DNA of 51,265 nucleotides from Gemmatimonadota bacterium (lineage in GTDB: Bacteria > Gemmatimonadota > Gemmatimonadetes > Longimicrobiales > Gaopeijiaceae), in the NCBI GenBank assembly GCA_039589315.1, contig JBDHHQ010000045.1, positions 1 through 51,265 of the forward strand, given 5' to 3'. This document shows positions 1-9,754 of this stretch, in pieces (the first letter of the stretch is position 1; each line of letters begins with the position of its first letter). The notes below the pieces were generated by a model. It ran no database searches, was not told where the DNA came from, and worked only from the letters and a program-made list of their open reading frames with translations. The position numbers were made by a program, and so were the translations under genes.

Positions 1-156
1 ACACCGCGCCGGACCCTTGCCCGACGCACGAGTCCACGGTTTCCCCACAGACCCTCAAACCCCGAGGAGACAATTTAGTATCGCCGACCTGTGTGGCGAG
101 TGTGTTCGTACGATCTCTGCGGAACCTCGCCCCTCAACCCTCCGAGGGAGGGAACC

Positions 157-1065
157 ATGAGTCGTCACGTGATGGTCCCTTTGGATGGATCGCGCTTCGC
201 GGAAACGGCGATCCCGGCTGCCCTCAGATTGACGGAAGCCACCGGATGCTGCCTGGAGCTCGTGATGGTCCAGGAGTTGGGGCCGGTCTTCGCCATGGAG
301 GCGTGGGAGGCTGCCTATCCCGAGGCCGCCCGAACCTACCTGGACGACGTCGTAGCCCGTCTGAGCAACGGAGCCCAACGGGAGGTCAAGACCACGGTGC
401 TGGTGGGACGGCCGGCCTCCGAGCTCGACGAGCGATCGCGAGAGTCGACGGCGGATCTCATCGTCATGGCAACGCACGGCCGCGGGCCCCTCAGCCGGGT
501 GTGGCTCGGGAGCGTGGCGGACGAGCTGGTGCGTCATACCCGAACGCCGATTCTGCTGGTCCGCCCCGGGGACAAGGGCAACGTGGACCTCACCGACCGT
601 CCGAGCTTCCAGCGGGTGCTCGTTCCCCTGGACGGTTCGGAGCGGGCTGAAGCCGTCTTGACCGAGGCTGCGACCCTGGCCCGCGGGGCCGAGGGGCACT
701 ACACGCTGCTCCGAGTGGTCCGCTACCCGGACGAGCTGGTGAGCGCATACGTCCCCGGCACCATTCAGATGAGCCAGCAGGTCGTGGACGAGGGAATCCG
801 CGAAGCCAATCTCTACCTCGAGCGCATCGCCACCCGTATGAAACAAGACGGGCTCGAGGTCGAGGCGCGGGTACTGGTTGATTCGAGGCCCGCCTCGGCG
901 ATCCTCGGCTACGCCGAGGACCATGAGGTCGATCTCATCGCCATGGCCACCCACGGCCGAGGCGGAGTTTCCCGGGCCGTGATGGGTAGCGTCACCGACA
1001 AGGTCGTGAGAGGCGCCCATCGACCGGTTCTGGTCGTCCGACCTGCCGAGGAAGCCGAGTCCTGA
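157..1065 (+). CDS. Tandem-domain universal stress protein (USP)
   Basis: Two USP domains (VMVPLDGS...MATHGRG...LGSVADELVR; LVPLDGS...MATHGRG...MGSVTDKVVR). ATG at 157 follows GAGGGAGG. Confidence 0.95.
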   Translation: MSRHVMVPLDGSRFAETAIPAALRLTEATGCCLELVMVQELGPVFAMEAWEAAYPEAARTYLDDVVARLSNGAQREVKTTVLVGRPASELDERSRESTADLIVMATHGRGPLSRVWLGSVADELVRHTRTPILLVRPGDKGNVDLTDRPSFQRVLVPLDGSERAEAVLTEAATLARGAEGHYTLLRVVRYPDELVSAYVPGTIQMSQQVVDEGIREANLYLERIATRMKQDGLEVEARVLVDSRPASAILGYAEDHEVDLIAMATHGRGGVSRAVMGSVTDKVVRGAHRPVLVVRPAEEAES

Positions 1066-1076
1066 CCCGACAGCGC

Positions 1077-1102
1077 GGGGCCACCCGGCAGCGGGTGGCT
1101 CC
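1077..1102 (+). terminator. GC-rich intergenic hairpin (possible terminator or mRNA stabiliser; no U-tract)
   Basis: GGGGCCACCCG-GCAG-CGGGTGGCTCC inverted repeat just after the USP stop codon. Confidence 0.3.
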
Positions 1103-1136
1103 GGACGAGATTCGATCACACGAGAGGAATCACCTG

Positions 1137-1676
1137 ATGACCACCCTTCTTCAGACCCGGGTCGATGGCTTGATGCAGACCAACCTGGTGACGGTGTCGC
1201 CCGATGCCACGGTCCGCTCGCTGACCCGACTCCTGTCCGACCACCAGATCAGCGGCGCCCCGGTCGTGGACCACTCCGGCCAAGTCGTCGGCGTCGTCTC
1301 TGCGACCGACATCCTGCGGCTCGCGGCGGACGAGACCGACGTGCGCGTCGGGTCCTTCCCCCCGATCTCGCCCATGGAATCCGATGAGCCCTCGGGCGAC
1401 GACGAGCTGGACCTGGTCGGCTACTTCGCGTCCATGGACGCCACCGTGGTGGCGCCCGAGGGAATCGACTGGATCTCGGAGGACGCCTTCAACGAGCGGA
1501 CCGTCCGTGACATCATGACGGGAATCCACTTCAGCGTGGGCCCGGACGCGTCCCTCGCCGAGTTGGCCGACCTCATGGTCAGAGGCCGGATCCACCGGGC
1601 GCTGGTCGTCGAGAACGGCGAGCTCCGTGGCATCGTGACGACCTTCGACGTGCTGAAGGCCATATCCAGTGCGTGA
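1137..1676 (+). CDS. CBS-domain pair protein
   Basis: LMQTNLVTVSPDATV...ISGAPVVD...VGVVSATDIL and VRDIMT...IHRALVVENGELRGIVTTFDVL, separated by an acidic linker. GAGAGG lies upstream of ATG 1137. Confidence 0.92.
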   Translation: MTTLLQTRVDGLMQTNLVTVSPDATVRSLTRLLSDHQISGAPVVDHSGQVVGVVSATDILRLAADETDVRVGSFPPISPMESDEPSGDDELDLVGYFASMDATVVAPEGIDWISEDAFNERTVRDIMTGIHFSVGPDASLAELADLMVRGRIHRALVVENGELRGIVTTFDVLKAISSA

Positions 1677-2856
1677 CGACCCGCTTCCCGCGACGTCGCT
1701 TCCGCGGCGTGCCGAGGTAGCGGTCGTCGGCGGCGGCATCGCTGGTACCTCGGCGGCCTATCACCTGGCCAGGGCCGGCTTGGATGTGACACTGCTCGAG
1801 CGCAAGCGCGTGGGCGAGGGCGCCACCGGTGCCGCCGTGGGCATCCTCGCCCCCCCGCTGCGCCAGCCCTTCCACGAGACCGCCCGCTTTCTCGGTGCCG
1901 AAGCGGCCGCCGAGATCTGGCGCTTCGCCCTCCGATCCGTGGCCGGCCTGGCCGAGCTCCTCGAGGAACGGGACGCGAGCGCACGGACCGGGCTCGATCT
2001 TCGCGGCGGGTACGTCCTGGCGGAGCCCCACACCCAGCACGATCTCGAGCGGGCGTGCGAGGCCCTCGTGAGTGCGTCCTTGCCGGTGGAGTGCCTCTCG
2101 GCCGACAAGGTGCGAGCCGTGACCCGGGGCCGCGGCTTCACGGGCGGCTTTCGCATCGACGGACTGGGTGCCCTGAGGCCCGAGGCGACCGCCCGAGCCC
2201 TGGCATTGGCAGCGGCCGACCTGGGCGCCACCATCGTCCAGGAAGCCGCCGTTCAGGGCGTCGGTAAGAACGGCGACCTCTTCGACGTCGCGACGACGGG
2301 CGGAAGCCTCGAGGCGAAGCACGTCGTGTATGCCGCACATATCGACTCGGGGCGATTGGCGCCTCATCTCGCCCGCGAGGTCGTGCCGGTACGGGGGCAG
2401 GGCTTCGTCACGGCCCCGATGCCGATCCGGTTTCGGGGGGCGTTCGCCACTCATTGGAAGCTCAACGTGTGGAGGCAGGACCCTGCGGGCCGGCTCCTCG
2501 TCTCGGGGTGGCGGCACGACGCCTGGGAACGCTCGTACCGGGAGACGGCGGAGCACGTGGACCCGCACCTGCAGGGCGATCTCCAGCGCTGGTTCGAGGC
2601 GGCTTTCCCCGACCTCGCCCCCCTGGAGATCGAGCATCGGTGGAGTGGCGTCTTCGGGTGGACGGCGGACTTCCTGCCCATCGTGGGCCGTCTGCCCGAC
2701 AGCCCCAACGAGCTCGCCAGCACCGGCTTCAGCGGAGGAGGTCTGCCCTTCGCGTTCGAGTGCGGACGCATTCTGGCTCACACCCTGGCGGACCTCGAGC
2801 CGGTCCCCGGCGCCGCCCTCTTCGATCCTGCCCGTTTCTCTCAACGCCAGGAGTGA
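1669..2856 (+). CDS. FAD-dependent oxidoreductase, DAO/PuuB-like family
   Basis: N-terminal VAVVGGGIAG dinucleotide motif, GEGATG, and C-terminal WSG...TADFLPIVG...GFSGGG. GTG start overlaps the CBS gene by 8 nt. Confidence 0.88.
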   Translation: MRDDPLPATSLPRRAEVAVVGGGIAGTSAAYHLARAGLDVTLLERKRVGEGATGAAVGILAPPLRQPFHETARFLGAEAAAEIWRFALRSVAGLAELLEERDASARTGLDLRGGYVLAEPHTQHDLERACEALVSASLPVECLSADKVRAVTRGRGFTGGFRIDGLGALRPEATARALALAAADLGATIVQEAAVQGVGKNGDLFDVATTGGSLEAKHVVYAAHIDSGRLAPHLAREVVPVRGQGFVTAPMPIRFRGAFATHWKLNVWRQDPAGRLLVSGWRHDAWERSYRETAEHVDPHLQGDLQRWFEAAFPDLAPLEIEHRWSGVFGWTADFLPIVGRLPDSPNELASTGFSGGGLPFAFECGRILAHTLADLEPVPGAALFDPARFSQRQE

Positions 2857-2877
2857 TCGAGGAAGGAGATGAGTACG

Positions 2878-3780
2878 ATGTTCAAGACGATCCTCGTTCC
2901 TCTGGATGGCTCGCCCTTCAGCGAGATGGCGATCCCTCCCGCGCTCAGCCTATCCCGACGCTGCGGGGCCAGCGTGCACCTGGCCAACGTCCGGGAGGCG
3001 GTTCCCACACTGGCGAGCGGGGAATGGGAGCCCGCAGCCGAGCTGTGGTCGACCACGTACCTCGGGGACGTCCAGCGGCGGGTTCGTGAGGCCACGGACC
3101 AGGAGGTAACGACCGAGGTTCTGGAGGGCGAGCCGGCCGCGGCTCTCGACAGCCACTCGTTCGCCATCGGCGCGGACCTCGTCATCATGAGCACCCACGG
3201 CCGTGGCGCCGCGAGTCGATTCTGGCTCGGGAGCGTCGCCGACGCCGTCCTGCGGCACGTGCAGGAGCCCATCCTCATGGTCCGCCCCGGCGAGAATGGG
3301 GAAGACCTGGATCTGGCCGCCGACGTGGACGTGAACCGGATTCTGGTGACCCTCGACGGCTCCAGTGCGTCCGAGGCCATCCTGTGGCCCAGCGCGCGCC
3401 TGGCCCGTGCTTGGGACGCGCCGGTCACCGTCCTCAGGATCGTGCCCTATCCCGACGAGATCGCCTCCGCCTACCTGCCCCACACCGTGCAGATGAACCT
3501 GGACGCCCTGGAGGAAGGCAGGAAGTCGGCGAGCCTCTACGTGGACGACATCGTGCAACAGCTCCGCGAGCAGGGCGTGGAGGCGGAGGGGAAGGTGGAA
3601 GTGGACACCTCTCCGTCAGCCGGCATCCTGCGCCAGGTGTTGGTGACCGAAGCCGGGGCGGTGGCACTGGCGACGCACGGATACGGGGGCATTCGGCGGG
3701 TGCTCCTGGGAAGCGTTGCCGACAAGGTCGTGCGGGGAACCGAGGGAATGGCGCTTCTCGTGCGACCGACGGACGACTAG
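2878..3780 (+). CDS. Tandem-domain universal stress protein (USP)
   Basis: FKTILVPLDGS, MSTHGRG...LGSVAD, LATHGYG...LGSVADKVVR. AAGGAG spacing favours ATG 2878 (alternative 2869). Confidence 0.95.
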   Translation: MFKTILVPLDGSPFSEMAIPPALSLSRRCGASVHLANVREAVPTLASGEWEPAAELWSTTYLGDVQRRVREATDQEVTTEVLEGEPAAALDSHSFAIGADLVIMSTHGRGAASRFWLGSVADAVLRHVQEPILMVRPGENGEDLDLAADVDVNRILVTLDGSSASEAILWPSARLARAWDAPVTVLRIVPYPDEIASAYLPHTVQMNLDALEEGRKSASLYVDDIVQQLREQGVEAEGKVEVDTSPSAGILRQVLVTEAGAVALATHGYGGIRRVLLGSVADKVVRGTEGMALLVRPTDD

Positions 3781-3830
3781 CGAGGCAGCGGCCCCCGCAC
3801 CGCGCGCCCTGAACGAGATCGGAAGACCCG

Positions 3831-4613
3831 ATGGGCGGTTTGTGGCACTCGACTCGGCGGACTCCCGTCCCTGCTCTGGCGGTGATTCTGGCGGTGTCGC
3901 CGGGCCAGGTCTCGGCACAGATCCCGGAGACGCCCCGCGAGATCGTCGATTACGTCGATCGGCTCCTGCGCGGCGAGTCGAGCTCGGGCCGCATCGCCAT
4001 GGAAATCGAGACCGAGAACTGGTCTCGCCGCCTTCAATTGGAGGTCTGGTCCCGAGGGCGAGACTACTCGATCATCCGCGTCCTCTCGCCGCGAAGCGAG
4101 GCGGGCACGGCGACGCTGATGGTCGAGGACCAGGTCTGGAACTACCTGCCACGGGCCGACCGGACCATCAAGATCCCTCCGTCGCTGATGATGGGCGCGT
4201 GGATGGGCTCTCACTTCACCAACGACGACCTCGTCAAGGAGAGCCAGCTCATCGAAGACTACGACATCTTCCTCGGTTACGAGGGCGACCGTGACGGCGT
4301 GGAGGTCTGGGAGTTCCACCTCACTCCCAAGCCGGAAGCGGCCGTTGTCTGGGACCGCATCGAGTACCAGGTGCGAAAGAGCGACATGATGCCCACCTGG
4401 GCCCTCTACTTCGACGAGGACGGGGAAGTGGCGCGCACGATGACGTTCTCGGAGTACGAGATGATGGGCGGGCGCCTCGTTCCCGCAGTCATGTCGATCG
4501 TCCCGACCGACAAGCCGGGCGAATCCACGACCGTCATCTACGAGGACGTGGACTTCGACGTCGAGCTACCCGACGACTTCTTCTCGCTGCGCAACCTCCG
4601 CAGCGGACGGTAG
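3831..4613 (+). CDS. Outer-membrane lipoprotein-sorting (LolA-like) periplasmic protein
   Basis: Signal peptide ending VSA-Q; family-like motifs SPRSEAGTATL, WNYLPRADRTIKIPPS, WMGSHFTNDDL, FFSLRNL. Confidence 0.88.
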   Translation: MGGLWHSTRRTPVPALAVILAVSPGQVSAQIPETPREIVDYVDRLLRGESSSGRIAMEIETENWSRRLQLEVWSRGRDYSIIRVLSPRSEAGTATLMVEDQVWNYLPRADRTIKIPPSLMMGAWMGSHFTNDDLVKESQLIEDYDIFLGYEGDRDGVEVWEFHLTPKPEAAVVWDRIEYQVRKSDMMPTWALYFDEDGEVARTMTFSEYEMMGGRLVPAVMSIVPTDKPGESTTVIYEDVDFDVELPDDFFSLRNLRSGR

Positions 4614-4619
4614 GGGGAT

Positions 4620-5882
4620 ATGAGCGGGAGCGTGTGGTGGAGAATCGGTTGGCGCAACGTGTGGAGGAACCGCCGCCGCACGGCCATAACCGTGGGAGCC
4701 CTGGCCCTGGGCTTCGTCTCCTCGACGATCATGATCGGGCTGTCCGAAGGGATCGTGGCCCAGATGATCGAGAACGGCACCGACCTGCTCACCGGACAGA
4801 TCCAGATCCACCAGGAGGGCTTCAAGCCGGAACGAAGCCTGTACACGACGGTGGGAGGCCGTGAGGGTACCGACCTCGAGCAGCTTCTGGCGCTGGTCCG
4901 CCGGCAGCCGGGCGTCCGCGGCGTCGCACCCCGGGTCTACGCCGGTGGCCTCGTGAGCTCCGGAGAGGAGACGAGCGCAGGGATCTTCATGGGACTGCAG
5001 CCGGGTCTCGAACGGGACGTGAGTCGGATCCTCGAGGCGCTCGAGGACGGTACGATGCCGGATCCGGGCGTCCGCGAGGTACTGCTGGGTGCTGAGATGG
5101 CCGAGAAGCTCGGGGTGAGCGTGGGTGACGAGGTGGTCCTCGTCGCACCCGCGGCGGACGGCTCCATGGGGAACGACGTCTACCAGGTCGCCGGGATCTT
5201 CCGGACCGGCGCTGCCGAGCTCGACAACTCGTACACGCTTCTCCTGCTCGAGACCCTCCAATCGCTCATCGCCATGCAGCCCGACCGGGTCCACGAGGTG
5301 GCGGTCGCCGTCACCGAGGTCTGGGCCGGCCCGGATGTCGCGGCGTCCCTGGAGGAGCAGATCCGAAGGGCGGGGATCCAGGTCCGGGTGGAGGCGTGGA
5401 CGGACTTCCGCTCCGACCTCGCCGAATACGCCCAACTCGCGGCGTCGTTCAACTGGGTGATCGTGCTCATCGTGTTCATCATGGCGATCTTCGGCGTGGC
5501 CAACACCATGCTCATGGCGACCTGGGAGCGCCGCCGCGAGTTTGCGGTGGTGCGGGCCCTCGGGTCGCCATCCACGGGAGTGATCCGGACGGTGGTGTTC
5601 GAGACGATCGTCCTCGGCATCGTCTCCCTGGGCCTCGGCGCGGTCGTGGTCGTGCCCCTGGTCGCATGGTGGAGCACGGCACCTCCGGACCTGAGCTGGA
5701 TGGTGGGTGACTTCACCATGGCGGGCTCGCTGGTCCGGGCCAACCTACGGGTCGAGCCGTCGCTGGAAGGTCCGCTCATCAGCGCCGTCGGCCTCCTCAT
5801 CACGGTGTTCCTGGCGGGCCTCTACCCGGCCGTACGGTCGGCGCTCCAACGACCCGCCGACATTCTCGCGGGAGCGGACTGA
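4620..5882 (+). CDS. ABC transporter permease, LolE/FtsX (MacB_PCD) family
   Basis: WRNVWRNRRRT plus TM1, large periplasmic domain, NTMLMATWERRREFAVVRALG, C-terminal LYPA motif. Confidence 0.93.
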   Translation: MSGSVWWRIGWRNVWRNRRRTAITVGALALGFVSSTIMIGLSEGIVAQMIENGTDLLTGQIQIHQEGFKPERSLYTTVGGREGTDLEQLLALVRRQPGVRGVAPRVYAGGLVSSGEETSAGIFMGLQPGLERDVSRILEALEDGTMPDPGVREVLLGAEMAEKLGVSVGDEVVLVAPAADGSMGNDVYQVAGIFRTGAAELDNSYTLLLLETLQSLIAMQPDRVHEVAVAVTEVWAGPDVAASLEEQIRRAGIQVRVEAWTDFRSDLAEYAQLAASFNWVIVLIVFIMAIFGVANTMLMATWERRREFAVVRALGSPSTGVIRTVVFETIVLGIVSLGLGAVVVVPLVAWWSTAPPDLSWMVGDFTMAGSLVRANLRVEPSLEGPLISAVGLLITVFLAGLYPAVRSALQRPADILAGAD

Positions 5883-5885
5883 GCC

Positions 5886-7178
5886 GTGGAGGCCGAGCCT
5901 ATTCCATCGTCCGAAGGCCTGTCCGTCGGCTTGCTGATTCGACTGGCGTTCCGGAACGTCCGGAAGTCCGCGCGGAGGAGCATCCTCACGGCCTCGGCCA
6001 TGGTGCTGGGTCTGGCGCTTCTGATCCTGTCGCGGACCCTGGCCGACGGCGCCCACGAAAGCTGGATCGACCAGGGTGTCCGATTGGCCTCCGGTCACGT
6101 GGCCGTTCAGGGCGCGGGCTACCAACACAGTCGATCACTCGACGACCTCCTGGGCGCGGCGGACCTGGCGCGCACGCGGGACCTGCTGACCTCCCCCGAC
6201 CTGTCCCGCAATCTGATTTCCACGGCCCCCCGGCTGGGCGTGGACGGGCTGGCAAGCTCGGCTGGCTCGTCCGCGCCGGTCCTCCTGATGGGCGTGGACC
6301 CGGCCGCGGAGCCCGCCTTCTCGCTCCTGGACGACAACCTGGTGGAGGGTCGCTACCTGGAGCCCGACGACCGACTCGCCGCCTTCGTAGGCCAGGGGCT
6401 GCTCGATCGGTTGGGACTGGGCCTCGGCTCCAGGTTCGTCGTGACCGCGGCCGATGCCAGCGGTGAGATCCAGGGGCAGCTCCTGCGGGTCCGGGGGGTC
6501 TACCGGACCGGTGTGGCCGATCTCGATCAGTCCCTGATCCACCTGCCGCTTTCCACGGCTCAGTCCTGGCTCGGGGCCGAAGGCGGCGTCACGGCGCTCG
6601 CGGTCCTTCTGGACTCGAGCCGCGAAACCCGTCGAACCATCCGAGCTCTTCAGCGCCAGCTCGATCCCACCGCCGCCGAGGTCCTGTCCTGGAGGGAGGC
6701 CTCGCCCGAGCTGGATGCGGCGGTCAAGATCGACGACCTGGGCGACTGGGTCTTCCACCTGATCACGCTGGCCATCGTCGCTCTGGCCATTCTGAACGCG
6801 ATCCTGATGTCGGTCATGCACCGCCAGCGGGAGTTCGGGGTGCTGCGTGCCCTGGGTCTCACGGCGAGGGAGACGGGCCGCGTGGTCCTGGCCGAAGGAA
6901 TCATGCTGTCCCTGGCCAGCGGCCTGCTCGGGGTCCTCGTGGGGCTGGCCATCGTGTTCGGATTCTGGCGGGATGGCCTGGACCTTTCCTTTCTCATGGA
7001 CAGCGAGCTGGAGTTCTCCGGGACGCTGTTCGATCCCGTGATGGTGCCTGCGTTCCGGCTGGCTCAGGTGGGATGGAGCCTGTTCTTCATCCTGCTCATC
7101 GGGATCACGGCATCCCTCTACCCCGCACACCAGGCCACCCGCATCGACGTGGCCGAAGCGATGAAGTTCGAGCGATGA
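5886..7178 (+). CDS. ABC transporter permease, LolE/FtsX (MacB_PCD) family
   Basis: AFRNVRKSARRS, NAILMSVMHRQREFGVLRALG, ASLYPA...IDVAEAMK. Confidence 0.93.
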   Translation: MEAEPIPSSEGLSVGLLIRLAFRNVRKSARRSILTASAMVLGLALLILSRTLADGAHESWIDQGVRLASGHVAVQGAGYQHSRSLDDLLGAADLARTRDLLTSPDLSRNLISTAPRLGVDGLASSAGSSAPVLLMGVDPAAEPAFSLLDDNLVEGRYLEPDDRLAAFVGQGLLDRLGLGLGSRFVVTAADASGEIQGQLLRVRGVYRTGVADLDQSLIHLPLSTAQSWLGAEGGVTALAVLLDSSRETRRTIRALQRQLDPTAAEVLSWREASPELDAAVKIDDLGDWVFHLITLAIVALAILNAILMSVMHRQREFGVLRALGLTARETGRVVLAEGIMLSLASGLLGVLVGLAIVFGFWRDGLDLSFLMDSELEFSGTLFDPVMVPAFRLAQVGWSLFFILLIGITASLYPAHQATRIDVAEAMKFER

Positions 7179-7942
7179 GCGACCACACAGCCACAGCGGA
7201 TACACGAAGCGCCGGCGGGGCAGGCGTCCTTCCACCGTCCGTGCGGACCGTGGACGTGTGGAAGACGTTCCCGCAGGAGCCCGAACCCATCCACGCCGTC
7301 CAGGGCATCTCCCTCACCATCGACCGGGGAGAGTTCACGGCCATCGCCGGACCTTCCGGGTGCGGCAAGACCACGCTCCTGAACATGCTGGGCGGACTGA
7401 CGCGCACCACCCGTGGTGACGTCTGGATCGCCGGGCAAGAGCTTGGCACGCTCTCCGACCGCGAGCTGGCCCGGCTGCGCCTCCGGAGCATCGGCTTCGT
7501 CTTCCAGGCGTACAACCTGCTCCCGGTTCTCACGGCCCTGGAGAACGCGGAGTTCACGCTCTTGCTCAGAGGCGTGGACGCGCACGAGCGCCGGCGGCGA
7601 GTCTCGGCGCTGTTCGCCAAGATCGGCATGGCCGGCATGGAGGACCGGCTCCCCCGCCGCCTGTCGGGAGGACAGCAGCAGCGCGTGGCGGTGGTGCGAG
7701 CCGTGGTGGGCGAGCCGGCCCTGGTTCTGGCGGACGAGCCCACCGCGAACCTGGACTCGCGCGCCAGTGACGATCTCCTGGCCATGATGGAGGTGCTCAA
7801 CGAGGATTTGGGCACGACCTTCATATTCGCCACCCACGATCCCATGGTCATGGCAAGGGCTCATCGGCTCGTCCACCTGGTGGACGGACAGATCGACTCT
7901 GACGATCTCCGGGAGCCGCCCGCCTCGGGTGATGGGGGTTGA
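7175..7942 (+). CDS. ABC transporter ATP-binding protein, LolD/MacB-like
   Basis: Walker A GPSGCGKT, Q-loop FVFQ, signature LSGGQQQRV, Walker B LADEPTANLD, ATHD. ATGA overlap with the permease stop. Confidence 0.96.
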   Translation: MSDHTATADTRSAGGAGVLPPSVRTVDVWKTFPQEPEPIHAVQGISLTIDRGEFTAIAGPSGCGKTTLLNMLGGLTRTTRGDVWIAGQELGTLSDRELARLRLRSIGFVFQAYNLLPVLTALENAEFTLLLRGVDAHERRRRVSALFAKIGMAGMEDRLPRRLSGGQQQRVAVVRAVVGEPALVLADEPTANLDSRASDDLLAMMEVLNEDLGTTFIFATHDPMVMARAHRLVHLVDGQIDSDDLREPPASGDGG

Positions 7943-9185
7943 GAGCCCCGGCTCGCCGGCCCGCTCTCCCCGACACAGGCCTCGCACACCAGCTGGAGCT
8001 CACCGGTTGGCGCTCTTCCTGGCCGCGTGCGGGGGGTACATCACCCTCGCGCCCAGCGATGCCGACGCGCAATTCGGGCCGGTCCGCGGCTATTCCCTGA
8101 GCGTCGGCACCGGATCCGAGGCCAGCGCGTTCGGGGATGCGGACGTGGGGCTCTTCCAGCGCCTCCGACTGATGGCCGCTCCCCGGATCGGTCCCGTCGA
8201 CTTCGATGTGGCCTACGAGCACGGCGTTCAGCTGCGGCAGAGCGCCGGCGGCTTTTCCTCGCCGTTGGGTGCGCCCACGGCGACGACGTGGCTGGACCTG
8301 CAGTGGACCCTCGTCGAGGAAGAGAACGTCACATGGTCCCATCGCTTCGACCGCTTGACGGCCTCCGCGGGCGGCTCCCGGTGGGAAGCCACCGTGGGTC
8401 GACAAGCCGTCTCGTGGGCCACCACCCTGTTCCTGACTCCGGCCGACCCGTTCGCCCCGTTCGATCCCTCCGATCCGTTCAGGGAGTACCGGGCCGGCGT
8501 CGACGCCGCCCGCCTCCGATACTACCCGGGAGCGCTGAGCGAGCTCGATCTGGTCGTCCGGCCATCGGACACACGGGACGGTACGACGATCACTGCCCTG
8601 GTGCGGGGTCAGACGACGCTGTCGTCCGCCGCCGTGTCGGCGTGGGCCGGCATCGTGCACGACGAGTTGGGCGCAGCCGTCGGAGCCTCCCGGAGCGTGG
8701 GCGACTTCGAGATCCGGGGCGAAGCGTCGCTCAGAGAGGATCCCGAGGGTTCGGGGCCCGCCCTCCGCCTCGCGACAGGCGTCGACCGACGCTTCACCGT
8801 GGCCGGCCGTGACCTCTATATGGTCCTCGAGTACCAGCACGACGACTTCGCCGCGGCCAGCGCTGACGGACTCGTCGAGGTGGTCCTTTCGGCACCATTC
8901 TCCCGGGGAGAGCTGACGGTGCTGGGCCGGGACGAGTTGGCGTTGTCGGGCGTCTATCAGATCCACCCGCTCTGGAGCACGGACCTGATCGTGTTGCTCA
9001 ACATCCGGGACGGAAGCTGGCTGGTGGGACCTGCCGGCTCCTGGTCCGCGAGTGGCGACCTGACCGCCCGTGGTGGGATCTTCCTGTCGTTTGGCGACGC
9101 CACCTTCGACCTCGAGGAGGGACTGGGGTCGGAGTACGGCGCAGTGCCCGCATCCGGCTACCTATCCCTTACGTGGTTCTTCTAG
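7932..9185 (+). CDS. Putative outer-membrane beta-barrel protein
   Basis: Signal-like N-terminus (ADA-Q), GRQAVSW and GVDAAR motifs, amphipathic strands, C-terminal YLSLTWFF beta-signal. Start uncertain. Confidence 0.7.
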   Translation: MGVESPGSPARSPRHRPRTPAGAHRLALFLAACGGYITLAPSDADAQFGPVRGYSLSVGTGSEASAFGDADVGLFQRLRLMAAPRIGPVDFDVAYEHGVQLRQSAGGFSSPLGAPTATTWLDLQWTLVEEENVTWSHRFDRLTASAGGSRWEATVGRQAVSWATTLFLTPADPFAPFDPSDPFREYRAGVDAARLRYYPGALSELDLVVRPSDTRDGTTITALVRGQTTLSSAAVSAWAGIVHDELGAAVGASRSVGDFEIRGEASLREDPEGSGPALRLATGVDRRFTVAGRDLYMVLEYQHDDFAAASADGLVEVVLSAPFSRGELTVLGRDELALSGVYQIHPLWSTDLIVLLNIRDGSWLVGPAGSWSASGDLTARGGIFLSFGDATFDLEEGLGSEYGAVPASGYLSLTWFF

Positions 9186-9257
9186 GCTGGGTCGGAGGCG
9201 GACGCCGCGGCTCTCCCAGCGCATCGTGATTGCGCCATCACCACATCGGAGACAGCC

Positions 9258-9428
9258 ATGAGAGACATCGCGCTGACCGGCATCCTCGCGCTCGTCCTGA
9301 CCGCCGTCGCAGTGCCCACGCTTCAGCTGGAGCGGCGGGCAGGCGTCATCGGCCTCACGTTCGCGATGTGCGTGTTGCTGGCAGGGGTCCTGGTCCGTGT
9401 GGTGACGGACTGGAGGTCCAGACGCTAG
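9258..9428 (+). CDS. 56-aa two-TM small membrane protein (not in ORF track)
   Basis: GGAG 6 nt before ATG. MRDIALTGILALVLTAVAVPTLQLERRAGVIGLTFAMCVLLAGVLVRVVTDWRSRR*, with GC3-rich codons. Confidence 0.65.
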   Translation: MRDIALTGILALVLTAVAVPTLQLERRAGVIGLTFAMCVLLAGVLVRVVTDWRSRR

Positions 9429-9451
9429 CCACGTGACCCCTGGCCCCCCTG

Positions 9452-9754
9452 TCACTCCTGGCGGCGCGGCGCCCGCACCAGCTCCCAGACCTCCTCCACC
9501 ACGAGCCGCCAGACGTCGTCCGGATCGACGCTCCATCGTCTCAGCGTGCGCCCTGCGTCCTCGAAGATCGCCACGTTCTCGGCCGAGTCGATTTCGAAGG
9601 CGCCGCGGAGCCCGCCGGCCCGCGGGATCCCCGCGCGCTGCATCTCCAGGTAGGTCATCTCCCGTAGAGCGGCGCGCTCGGGCGCGGTCAGTCGGGCGAC
9701 CACCCGCAGCGCCGCCTCGCCCACCGTCGTGGGCCAGCCCTCATCGGCCGGCAA
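9452..9754 (-). CDS. Hypothetical protein, DUF6794-like
   Basis: WPTTVGEAALRVVARL...DPDDVWRLVVEEVW pattern, recognised from memory. TTG start overlaps the marC stop. Confidence 0.5.
   Translation of the reverse strand: MPADEGWPTTVGEAALRVVARLTAPERAALREMTYLEMQRAGIPRAGGLRGAFEIDSAENVAIFEDAGRTLRRWSVDPDDVWRLVVEEVWELVRAPRRQE

Noticed and set aside
94..109. TGGCGAGTGTGTTCGT as a sigma-54 promoter for the first USP
   Set aside because: The -12 position reads CG rather than GC and the -24 lacks GGCAC; too weak to call.
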